Below, piece after piece: positions 51,601 to 59,800 of a DNA stretch of 64,000 nt. The stretch comes from a virus. The stretch's first letter is position 1; the number at the start of each line of letters is the position of its first letter. The notes below the pieces were generated by a model, which searched no databases, was not told the origin of the DNA, and saw nothing but the letters and a program-made list of their open reading frames with translations. The stretch lies in the IMG/VR virus record IMGVR_UViG_3300024346_000007; one strand, written 5' to 3'. The position numbers and the translations under genes were made by a program.

Positions 51601-52822
51601 ACGTAAGTACATTTATGCTAGATGTATTATAAGTAGGAGTTGATAGTTTTAAAGACCCTGTTATATTAATAGATCCTACTAATTGATAAGATCCGGTAAG
51701 TTGTTTAGAATTAGTCCAAACACTTCCGCTTTTAACGAGCAGATCACCGTATGATGATGTAGTTGTCGTGTCTATTAAATCGTGGAGCTCGCCTAATTCG
51801 TAACCGTTATCGATTTTTATGTATATTGATCCTAAAGTAGCATTTACTCTCTCAACAAAACCTAAGATAACAGTGTGATTAGGAGCAATTGGTCTAGTTT
51901 GAGTATATTGTCCTGCAGAACCGCTTAGATATATAGCTCTACCAGCTATTAATCCAGATGTATTTATTTTTCTTAAAGATCCTTCTGTTTGTATCCATCC
52001 TTCAGCTCCAGCTGATATTGGTTCTGCTACAAATCCTAAAGTATTAGCTGATCCTTGTTCAGCAACTGCTGAAGCTAATTTAACAGCTACTCTGTTGCCT
52101 TGTGATCCTGAAATATATACTACTTGTCCTTTTGTTAAAGGATTTCCTGTACTGTTGTAAGCGTATTGGTATAGATCTTCACCTATATTTGCAATAACAT
52201 TTCCTCCAGCTAATCCAAGTTGTAGAGTACCTTCTCCAGAATCATACTTTAATCTTCCCACAGCATCCACTACAGATGCCGTAGTATCAAATTGTATATA
52301 ATCTACATCTGTTAATCCTCCAGATATAATCATATTAACAGCATAAGAAGCTGTTAGAGAGGTTGTTGCAAAGCTAGAAGATACTGCATATGATGATGTT
52401 ATAGCATTTAGAGCCCAACTTGCGGTTCCAAATAGGCTACCAGTTATGCTTGGTGCGTTTAAACTACCAGTTATAGCTACTGATCCGGATACATCTAAGG
52501 TGGCGCTTAAGGGCCCTTCCTTGCCTATACCTACTAAAGATTGAGATACATATAGTGCTTGTTTACCATACTGGCCAATTCTGACAGTATTATCTGAGAA
52601 GGCTTCTATTACGGGTAATCCAGCGGCTGTATTGACGGAAAATAGAGATCCTGATAGAGAATCATCGACTGAGAAGAGACGGCCTGAAGTGCCGTCAACA
52701 GTAAATACATTAGATCCTGAAGCATTGATTGCTAAAGATCCTGAAATAGCTGAAGAGCCTGTTATATTAGCCCCTCCTTGGTCTACTATGACCCCGTTTT
52801 TTATCCGAAATTCTTGTGGCAT
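45668..52822 (-). CDS. Giant tail fibre / tailspike (2384 aa) with two putative right-handed beta-helix domains and two collagen-like Gly-Ser/Thr repeat tracts
   Basis: Pectin-lyase-like starts YNAIKTAI...V.PGIYIE and GGDFTSI...V.PGQYTE; HGNL.GL.ADDHTQY fibre motif; G-X-Y tracts. Confidence 0.8.
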   Translation of the reverse strand: MPQEFRIKNGVIVDQGGANITGSSAISGSLAINASGSNVFTVDGTSGRLFSVDDSLSGSLFSVNTAAGLPVIEAFSDNTVRIGQYGKQALYVSQSLVGIGKEGPLSATLDVSGSVAITGSLNAPSITGSLFGTASWALNAITSSYAVSSSFATTSLTASYAVNMIISGGLTDVDYIQFDTTASVVDAVGRLKYDSGEGTLQLGLAGGNVIANIGEDLYQYAYNSTGNPLTKGQVVYISGSQGNRVAVKLASAVAEQGSANTLGFVAEPISAGAEGWIQTEGSLRKINTSGLIAGRAIYLSGSAGQYTQTRPIAPNHTVILGFVERVNATLGSIYIKIDNGYELGELHDLIDTTTTSSYGDLLVKSGSVWTNSKQLTGSYQLVGSINITGSLKLSTPTYNTSSINVLTYNTASSTVEYSTINDLTFTKNIVNVGLSGSRGVRYNAIKTAISSITDASENNTYTVSVAPGIYIEDTITVPSWVAIKGDSSISTVVSASNPSSSIFVMSDQSMVIDMQIQGTTFTGSSAVVYSSATTPQRNAIAYVENVRFGTNYTNAKVIGSGSSGNCILQCSNVKYGGYTDAGLLKSFDVGFHVTSGSSGGIGRMQLRNVTSTNGGVAGSDNNQIFALADAPGCTFIVNGCLLTRSTGTARGTGFKVYNGGQLRLTGVNFQRWINGIWAPQTGSAPSIDAIALNFENCTTDVLIEHTGSTGKVQGTDNFLKTIIPTDAPLYEVGQDPRRLFVAKKGGDFTSISASVAWISGSNENNRYVIEVGPGQYTENTIDLTGRPYVSIVGSNIQTTQIFPSSSTQHIIKMGINNEVSFLSLANAGSGYSAIYVDDIGDFAQVHKISIYDCDRGITVLANTTDTQFYGEYVDINGTFTYGTYISSSNGGSVSTTVENYYLFPSASATIGNFVTGPSSSLSLYTSKFLGDGTTDSTAVKLENGAQLEGAAIDIQDWDYGYVVPNVGIGPNFRVVGSMIHDSTTYDFNILNATTRGRYQGVSDHSKINNASEDFYWNFLDDADGENDITRKLSVTFADGTHTDATTLIFKGSSMGVMEGGQITISGSLTINTAAGFGYLENSINPDVYQRVDWVNSTLTLSPNTNNYIYLDESGILSAAGSAPNSTQNIILGRVVTNATGVEFIDQSPYDGAHMSNKLSKFNRDALGPVFADGSIVSENVTPFKLDVTQGSYFFSENNFTPAGTGSINFTQYYRSGSGWNRSQTTTVTSNTFDSGSDVLVPLSSSAYTKHTLYLVGDGVDEEYFLVVGQTQYNSLVEAEGAALPTPPTYFSDGVVSLASIYVRSGSANIIEIQDIRPIIGFRAAGVNASATHGNLLGLGADDHTQYLLVNGTRQMSGNLGLGGNNIYNVAQVSASSIISPSITGSLQGTASWALNAFTASSADNFTVRGTLTAQTLIVQTITASVEFVTGSTHFGTVVQNTHEFTGSVSISGSLVINGTSYTAATSGTSGTSGTSGSTGTSGTSGSSGSSGTRGSSGSSGSTGSSGSTGTSGTSGSTGTSGSSGSTGSSGSTGTSGSSGSTGTSGSSGSSGQNGSSGSSGSTGTSGSTGTSGSTGTSGSSGTSGSSGSTGTSGSTGSSGSSGSSGANGSSGTSGSTGTSGSTGSSGTSGTSGSSGSTGTSGSSGTAGSSGSSGSSGTSGSSGSTGTSGSSGSTGTSGSSGSTGTSGSSGTGGTSGSSGTGFNTISNPAIGRVLVADASNNAATASAILVVNNGAVSVSGSTIITGSLSVSGASGTTLFSSNVDTLLLTGSAIITGSVVVTGSINVLGSITGSLSGTASWAINALTASSADNFTVRGTLTAQTIVVQTISSSVLYSSGSNVFGDSLLDNHEFTGSVKITGSIAVKDLALNSGLTRFVVVDSATGQFFYNTAGAAGSSGTSGSSGSSGQNGSSGSSGSSGSSGQNGSSGTSGSTGTSGSSGSSGSSGQNGSSGTSGSTGTSGSAGSSGSSGQNGSSGTSGSTGTSGSSGSSGQNGSSGTSGSTGTSGSSGSSGQNGSSGTSGSTGTSGSSGSSGSSGQNGSSGTSGFTGTSGSTGSSGSSGSSGQNGSSGTSGSSGSTGTSGSSGSSGSRGSSGSSGSTGSSGSTGTSGSSGSSGQNGSSGTSGSSGQNGSSGTSGSSGQNGSSGTSGSSGQNGSSGTSGSSGQNGSSGTSGSSGSSGSSGQNGSSGTSGSAGSTGTSGSAGSSGSSGQNGSSGTSGSSGSSGSRGSSGSSGSTGSSGSTGSTGSSGSSGSTGSSGSSGSTISLTVADGGVIQGTGITYLEFATNITATVTNTTASISATGGSGGGLATKAGSVANSSFTGNPKKATVTFAAAFTDANYSVAITGEDARSWTLESKIAGSFVINANSNTALAGSTSWVAVKHGETA
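46046..47152 (-). repeat. Coding Gly-X-Y repeat (~123 triplets: GSS/GTS/GST/GQN)
   Basis: Gly at every third residue, no Pro; 9-nt period with synonymous variation. Confidence 0.9.
47729..48430 (-). repeat. Coding Gly-X-Y repeat (~78 triplets)
   Basis: TSGTSG...SSG tract in the 2384-aa fibre. Confidence 0.9.
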
Positions 52823-52871
52823 ATGTATTTACTGTTTTCACTATCCGACAGTCCTATATAAATATAGAGAT

Positions 52872-53132
52872 CTATGGTAATACAATAGGACTAGTCCACT
52901 CTTCTGTGGCTAATATTATCAATATTTCATCGTATGTGTAGGGCCCTTGTTTTGTAGTTAACCCATCTACTGATGATGGGATTGTTTCTGAGTCCCACTT
53001 TACAAATGTCTTGGTTTGATCTACAGACTTTCTTACGGTATCTATAGAAGTCTCTAGTACTTGAGTAAAGTCAACGTTTGGTAGTTCTGATACGTTGAAG
53101 ATCATGAATTCTCTGTGTTCGTAGTTATGCAT
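52872..53132 (-). CDS. Small acidic protein ending the LamG array
   Basis: 86-aa ORF (FTQVLETS..TVRKS.D..KTFVKW). Confidence 0.6.
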   Translation of the reverse strand: MHNYEHREFMIFNVSELPNVDFTQVLETSIDTVRKSVDQTKTFVKWDSETIPSSVDGLTTKQGPYTYDEILIILATEEWTSPIVLP

Positions 53133-53135
53133 AAT

Positions 53136-53810
53136 TTATAGATTAAAGCGTGATTTTTGTGCGTTATAGTTTTGGAGGATTTCTTGTATAGTTAGCTCTC
53201 TGTTATACAAAATAAAAGACCCAGCTTGCATATTAGTAGCTGTATTTATGCTATCACTTCTGTTAGCTATAGTAAATCTATTATGTGTATTCCAAGAAGA
53301 AACTCCTGTGGCAACTAATGTTATCATTTCCCACGAGCCAGTCGTATTGATATTACTAACAGTAGCCCAAGTACTTACAGATGACCCTGCAAGTACTCCA
53401 TTTTTATATAGTTTTATACCAGTATTCCCTGTACCGCCCCAATATTGAAAAGTAGCACCGAGAGATCTTCTTACCCCCCACCCTTGAACTAAAGTTCCCT
53501 CCTCTGCATTATAAGAAATGTAAGTTTCGTAACTGCTTATATATGAGGTCAAATACATCCATATATTTGCAGTAATAGTAGTGTAGTTTTTTAAGGCTGC
53601 GTCTGTTCTTACAGCATAATCATCTACACCATCAAATACAATGCTATTATTTGAAAAAGTAGGTCCATTAACTAGGGATCCACTATTCCCATTTCCACTA
53701 ACATCATTCCAAACAGTAGATCCACTCATATAGCTATTCCTATCAGCAGCATCTAATGCTAATACTAATCCTGAAGTTACAATACGGCCAAAAGCATACT
53801 GAGTACTCAT
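53136..53810 (-). CDS. LamG/concanavalin-like virion protein, paralog 4
   Basis: GLVLALDAA..NSY.SGS.VW.D.SGN...FDGVDDY...YNR.L...E.LQNYNAQKSRF. Confidence 0.8.
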   Translation of the reverse strand: MSTQYAFGRIVTSGLVLALDAADRNSYMSGSTVWNDVSGNGNSGSLVNGPTFSNNSIVFDGVDDYAVRTDAALKNYTTITANIWMYLTSYISSYETYISYNAEEGTLVQGWGVRRSLGATFQYWGGTGNTGIKLYKNGVLAGSSVSTWATVSNINTTGSWEMITLVATGVSSWNTHNRFTIANRSDSINTATNMQAGSFILYNRELTIQEILQNYNAQKSRFNL

Positions 53811-54562
53811 TTGTCTTCATTTAATCGTTTCCATATATAGCCCTTGTGAGTCTTTCTTTCACCGCTTAAGCATCTAAATACCCCTGAAGCAGTTGCTCCT
53901 GTTTGACGGATGGCTTCTTTTATAGATTCGTAAGTTGCTATTATTTGTCCATCTAAACTAAGTAATTGTATATTCACTTTAGCTTTATTAGCCAAACTCA
54001 TCTTTACCTTTGTTTCCTCAGAAGTTGGCCTACCTTTATGAAATTCGCTTATCATTCTTTTCTGGTCTTCTGAGATCTTTTTTCCTTTATTTCTTTCAGA
54101 CACTTTTTTAATGTGGTCCAAACTAAGTTTTCTTCCTTTTAACCCTTTTGAGATATTTTTAGCGTGATCTTCTGTTTTTTTCTTACCAATATGAGCCTCA
54201 CTCATTTTTTTTCTTGTTTCTTCAGACGCTTTCTTCCCTGTTATAGCCTTCCTATGATTTTCTATTTGGGTATGTGTTTTTTTATACCCAGCAGTACCCT
54301 CTCCACCATCAGTTAAATTATACCCATTAGGACGTTTTGTATTAAGCTTTTCTATCCAAAATATTTCTCTAATTGATAGTTCTTCTGGTTTTATATTTTC
54401 TTCTAGTATTTCTTTAATAAAACTTTCCTTTCCATACTTTTGTATAGCTTTATTTATTATCACTCCTGATCCTAAGTAATACTTACTTTTGTTAACAGGT
54501 TTACTCATTTTACCAACATACATCTTATTATTTATCATATTGGTTATACAATATATGTACAT
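53807..54562 (-). mobile_element. Free-standing GIY-YIG homing endonuclease (Seg-like) with NUMOD3 and NUMOD1-type DNA-binding repeats
   Basis: YIY...YVG, YLGSG, REIFWI, GYNLTDGGEG, SEETRKKMSEAH repeats, C-terminal YESIKEA...KGYIWK. Confidence 0.9.
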
Positions 54563-54624
54563 ATTTTATCTTTTATATAAATATGTAGATTTTGTATTTT
54601 ACCGTTTGCGTATTGTGTTGCCAT
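54544..54624 (-). pseudogene. Orphaned 5' end of a LamG gene (MATQYANGKI) running into the endonuclease insertion
   Basis: GTTATG start 4 nt after the upstream stop; the first 10 codons parallel MSTQYAFGRI at 53810. Confidence 0.65.
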
Positions 54625-54628
54625 AACT

Positions 54629-55345
54629 TTATAGATTGAATCTTGATTTTAATGCGTTGTAGTTTTGGAGGACTTCTTGTGCTGAGAGAGCTCGGTTATA
54701 TATCCGTGTATTATATATTTTTCCATTTGTCCAGCCTCTAAATGAACCTCCAAATTTTAAAACACCTGTGCCTCCGATATTAACAGGTGTATCTATTGCA
54801 ATATCAAAAGTAGATGTAAATACCCCAGTTGTAATTAACCTGCCATTAATATATATCTTTATTTCATCTGTAATAGTATCACAAGTTCCGACAGCATGTA
54901 CATTTATACCAAAAGCACTCATAGTCGCTAAAGCTCCTCTTTGAACTCTGTCTGTACCTGTTACTCCAAAAAATATAGCTGAGGGTCCAGCGCTTAGTAC
55001 GTATTGTTCATAAAAGTCTGCATAGTTATTTTGCTTAAATACAATAGGGGCGTAGTTTGCTCCGTAAGAGGTAACGTTAAAAAAAGAAGATACAGTAATT
55101 GAACTAGTAGGATTTAAAATTGTACTTCCACTATTAATTAATACGTAATCATCAAGACCATCAAACACAATACTTCCTAAATTATTAGAACTAAAAGTAG
55201 GTCCATTCACTAAACTGCCAGTAAAGTTATTTGCAGTTAAGTCTCTCCATGTAGTACCACTCCCAGGATATGAATTTCTATCACTAGCATCTAATGCTAA
55301 TACTAATCCATCATCAATCATATTTGGTCCACCTGATACTCCCAT
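54629..55345 (-). CDS. LamG/concanavalin-like virion protein, paralog 3
   Basis: Same conserved N- and C-terminal motifs as its neighbours. Confidence 0.8.
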   Translation of the reverse strand: MGVSGGPNMIDDGLVLALDASDRNSYPGSGTTWRDLTANNFTGSLVNGPTFSSNNLGSIVFDGLDDYVLINSGSTILNPTSSITVSSFFNVTSYGANYAPIVFKQNNYADFYEQYVLSAGPSAIFFGVTGTDRVQRGALATMSAFGINVHAVGTCDTITDEIKIYINGRLITTGVFTSTFDIAIDTPVNIGGTGVLKFGGSFRGWTNGKIYNTRIYNRALSAQEVLQNYNALKSRFNL

Positions 55346-55347
55346 AG

Positions 55348-56034
55348 TTATAAGCCGAAGCGTGATTTTTGTGCGTTATAGTTTTGTAGGACTTCTGTTG
55401 CTGATAAGGCTCGGTTGTATAGTAATCCTCCGGCTATATTTCCTTTAAAAATTCTACCTGATCCCGTATTGTCTCTAGCTAAAGATAAAGCAGCTAATGT
55501 TGTTGATGCATGACTTACGCTATTTGTAGCTGATCTTAGTCCTAATTGATTTACCAAATACGCTATTGCAAAAGTAGAAACAACGGTAATAGCAATCATG
55601 CTCCAAGATTCTGGTATTACTAATCCTGAATTCCATCCATACGTAGTAACTGTATCATTCCAATGGTATCCTATACCTTGTTGTCCAGATGGATCAACAT
55701 TCATTCCAGTTACATTACCTCCTGTACCGCCTCTTGAGTGCATCAATCCTGTATAACTTACTTGAAGACCATTTCTTTTTATCCATAGCAAAAAAGTAGC
55801 TTGAGTTAATATTATAGATCCAGCAACTGCTACGTAATCATCGACTCCATCAAAAACAATGCTTCCTCCATTAGTAGTATCAAAAGTAGGCCCATTAGAT
55901 AGAGTTCCTGTCTTTCCATTCCCACTAACATCATTCCAAACACTAGACCCACTCACATAACTATTCCTGTCTCCGGCATCTAATGATAATACCAACCCAC
56001 TAGTAACAATCCTCGGTCCATTTCCAAATGCCAT
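55348..56034 (-). CDS. LamG/concanavalin-like virion protein, paralog 2
   Basis: Same conserved N- and C-terminal motifs. Confidence 0.8.
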   Translation of the reverse strand: MAFGNGPRIVTSGLVLSLDAGDRNSYVSGSSVWNDVSGNGKTGTLSNGPTFDTTNGGSIVFDGVDDYVAVAGSIILTQATFLLWIKRNGLQVSYTGLMHSRGGTGGNVTGMNVDPSGQQGIGYHWNDTVTTYGWNSGLVIPESWSMIAITVVSTFAIAYLVNQLGLRSATNSVSHASTTLAALSLARDNTGSGRIFKGNIAGGLLYNRALSATEVLQNYNAQKSRFGL

Positions 56035-56046
56035 ACTTTTTATTTT

Positions 56047-56811
56047 TTATAGTCCGAATCTTGATTTTTGTGCGTTGTAGTTTTGTAACATCTCTGCGTC
56101 TGTTAAACCTCTATTATATACCTTAATATTATAAAGTCTCCCTGGATAAGAGGGGCTTCTGTCGTTATAAAAACTACCTAATGTGACAGGTAGTGATCCA
56201 AATGATAATGTGTTGGTGGTATTTACCCCAGAGTTTACTTTTTCCACTGTGTTTTCAAATACTTGTCTTCTAGGAAATTCAGAGGTTCTACATCTAAAAG
56301 TCATAATAGTTATTTTATTTAGTATATTAGATCCATATGAAACTCTTTGAGTAGGTAGACAACACCCAGCTACATCGTAATATACTACGCTATCTGACCA
56401 TGGAGTATGTCCGCTTATAGTTCTTGTTCCTGCAGCATCTGTCCAATGAAACAATGTACATGCTTTTGCTACAGTTGGCTGTATTATGACTTCTACTGTG
56501 TGCTCTTGATCCAGATTAAAAGCATTTGATGCTGGCCCTTCCATATAATCATCTATGCCATCAAAAGAAAAGTATCCTCCACTATTCCAAGACACAGAGT
56601 TGTTTAGCGTAAAATTTCTACTACCCCCACTTAAATCAGTCCAAGTAGTTCCGCTACCAGGGTAACTTAATACATTACCAGCATCTAAATTTAATACTAA
56701 TCCTTCTGTTACAATAGTAGATAATGATGACATACTAAGTCCACCACTATTATTTCTATTAATAAGTGATATATTACCTGAGTTATTTCTATTTAAAAAC
56801 GTTATTGGCAT
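56047..56811 (-). CDS. LamG/concanavalin-like virion protein, paralog 1; likely start MPITF at 56811
   Basis: TAATG stop/start overlap with the upstream fibre gene; conserved motifs. Confidence 0.8.
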   Translation of the reverse strand: MPITFLNRNNSGNISLINRNNSGGLSMSSLSTIVTEGLVLNLDAGNVLSYPGSGTTWTDLSGGSRNFTLNNSVSWNSGGYFSFDGIDDYMEGPASNAFNLDQEHTVEVIIQPTVAKACTLFHWTDAAGTRTISGHTPWSDSVVYYDVAGCCLPTQRVSYGSNILNKITIMTFRCRTSEFPRRQVFENTVEKVNSGVNTTNTLSFGSLPVTLGSFYNDRSPSYPGRLYNIKVYNRGLTDAEMLQNYNAQKSRFGL

Positions 56812-59800
56812 TATAATAAGTTTGCTAATGCTTTTACTGTCCAACCTCCAGAAGAAGATGCATTAAGTAGAACATTACCGTTAGATAGTCCAACACTCAT
56901 GTACACTAGTGATGTATTTCCTATATCAGTAGTTGTCACTTCGGTATATCTTACTGTACTTCCACTCCATATTGACATTATTTGTCCTGATCTGGCATTT
57001 GAAGCAGACATTATATAATAATTGTAAAATGCTGATTTGAATGATCCTGTAGGGATTATAGATACGGCTGTTGTTCCTGCTGCTGTTGTAGAGGAAGTTG
57101 AATTGAATTCGGCTATGCCTATATCAAATGAAGAGTTTGCGTATGATGCTGTTGCAGCATATGATGCGCTTATCGCATTTAGTGAGTATGATGATGTTAT
57201 TGCGTTTTCTGCCCAGCTTGCAGTGCCGAATAGAGAACCTGTGAATGAAGCTGCAGTCACACTACTACTAAACGTGGCTGCACCTGTGGTATTGGCAATA
57301 TTAAGAACAACTGCTGCTGCTGAATGATTATAAAATTGCAAATCTGTATTAGACCCTATAGCCGAACTACCAACATACCAATTACTTGTCCCAGATGTTT
57401 GTAATATTATTCCATTTGCATCTCCCCCTGCTGCTCTGTTTAATGTCAACCCACCACTAAACCTACCCGTACCATTAACTTGTAGTTGTTCTCCAGTGTC
57501 ACCAGTTTGATTTATTAATAACCTGTTATTAGCAGTAAGAGTCATTGCTTGGGTGAAGGTGATAGCATTGCCTATCGTGCCGATTGGGGCAGTTAACCAT
57601 TGGTGTGCATTTTGAACTATTTGATAATTACCTGCTGAACCATTTGAGCTATATTTCCAACCTGAATTATAATATCCATTGTTAACTAAAATAGTTGCTC
57701 CACCATCTGGTAAACCATAAAATGAACCTAACCCACTTTGATAAACTTTTTGACCATTATCCCACGCACTCGGTGTAACACCTAAGCCGAGATTACCAGT
57801 AGAGGTAATGCGCACCTTTTCAGTATTATTTGTATAGATTGTAAAATCGTGATTAGTTTCAGTACCTATTAAAGCACTAGCTGCTATTTGTAGCTTTGCA
57901 ATTACAGTACCATTAGTAGTTTGAATTTGTGGATTTGTACCATCTTTAACTGTAATACCCGGTATTGACCCACTTTGAACTACTTCTAATTTTGATGATG
58001 GGTTTGTAGTACCTATACCAATATTTCCTGTTGAATGTTGGAATGTTAAAAAGAAAGAAGCTAAAGCATCAGAATACCAGTTCATGGATGTTGTATCAAC
58101 AGCCATTTCCATTCTTTTGGCTCCAGCATTATCAAGAAAATGCATATTAGCTCCGTTAGTGTCAGAAGCTCTAGATTTAAGATAACCCAAATGATTAATA
58201 CTAATAAATTCTTTACCACCAGATCCTTTAAATATAAAAGCGTCTCCTGAAGTTGATACTATATTTAGTAAAGCATTTGGAGTTGTAGTACCTATACCAA
58301 TATTACTTGATGATTGGTACATTACACTGCTACTTAAACTAGTTGCTCCACTCCATAGTGGTATATAGTTTGTAGCACCTCCTAATACATTTGAAGCAGT
58401 AGCAACAGACATTGATCCTGTCTGATTAGACAATACAACACTGCTGTTATTTACAGATAAACTCCCTGATATAGTTACGCTACCAGTAAATTCGTGTGTA
58501 TTTGATATTATACTACCGAAATGAGTAGACCCAGTCACAAATTCTACGCTAGACGTGATAGTTTGTACTATAAGAGTCTGTGCTGTTATTGTATTTGATA
58601 CTGTCAGTGAGCCAGTGATGAACGCACTGCCAGACATACTCACCGCTCCGTTATTAACGGTTAGGATAGCTGATGCTGTGGCTGCATTTAAAGTACCGTC
58701 AGATATTAAGACTCTGCCTATAGCAGCATTGCTTATAGTATTAAACCCTGTACCGCTACTTCCTGAAGTTCCTGATGTTCCAGAAGATCCGGCTGAGCCA
58801 GAAGTACCAGAAGAGCCGGATGTACCTGTACTACCTGAGGAACCAGACGTTCCGCTAGATCCTGCACTTCCAGAAGTACCTGAGCTGCCACTAGTGCCTG
58901 AGCTTCCTGCTGAACCTGATGTACCAGTAGATCCACTAGATCCTGAGCTTCCACTTGTACCTGTGCTACCTGATGATCCCGATGTGCCACTTGACCCACT
59001 AGATCCTGAAGTACCGGTAGATCCAGAAGAACCGGATGTTCCGCTTGTACCAGATGATCCAGAGGTACCTGTGCTACCGGAACTTCCACTAGTTCCAGAT
59101 GTTCCTGCACTTCCAGAAGACCCTGAGGTTCCAGAAGAGCCAGATGTACCTGTTGACCCAGAAGATCCTGAAGTTCCTGTTGAACCACTGCTGCCAGAAG
59201 TGCCTGAAGAGCCACTACTACCAGAGCTGCCGCTAGTACCTGTTGATCCAGATGAACCAGATGTACCAGAACTACCACTAGTACCTGTAGAACCAGATGA
59301 ACCAGAGGTTCCGGAAGTGCCTGAAGATCCTGCTGTACCAGATGTACCACTAGTTCCTGATGTGGCTGCAGTGTATGATGTACCGTTGATTACTAAGGAT
59401 CCAGATATTGATAAAGATCCAGTAAATTCATGTGTATTTTGGATGATGGTTCCAAAATGAGTAGACCCTGTTACAAACTCTACAGAAGATGTAATAGTTT
59501 GAACTACTATAGTCTGTGCTGTAAGCGTGCCTCTAACAAGGAAATTGTCTGCTGAAGATGCTGTAACAGCGTGTGATGCGCTTATTACACTGTTTTGTCC
59601 ATAAGGTCCGTAAACATTAGAGGCTGTTATATAAGAAGCAGTTAAAGCGTTCTCTGCCCAACTAGAAGTCCCTTGTAGCGAACCTGTGAATCCGTTTGTA
59701 GCTGATAGAGATCCGGTTAAGGAGTGTACGTCATTTGGTCTTAGTGTTAACTTAGCTCCTAATTCACCGTCAAAGTCTTCTCTAGTCCAGAAAATTAAAC

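Noticed and set aside
53807-54600. Group I intron around the GIY-YIG gene
   Set aside because: Only ~30 nt of non-coding sequence upstream and none downstream (ATGA overlap), so there is no room for a ribozyme core.
46005-59460. Long plus-strand Pro/Glu/Asp/Val ORFs and alternate-frame Gln/Val/Leu ORFs over the repeats
   Set aside because: Shadow frames of the Gly-Ser/Thr codon repeats, with no independent starts or signals.
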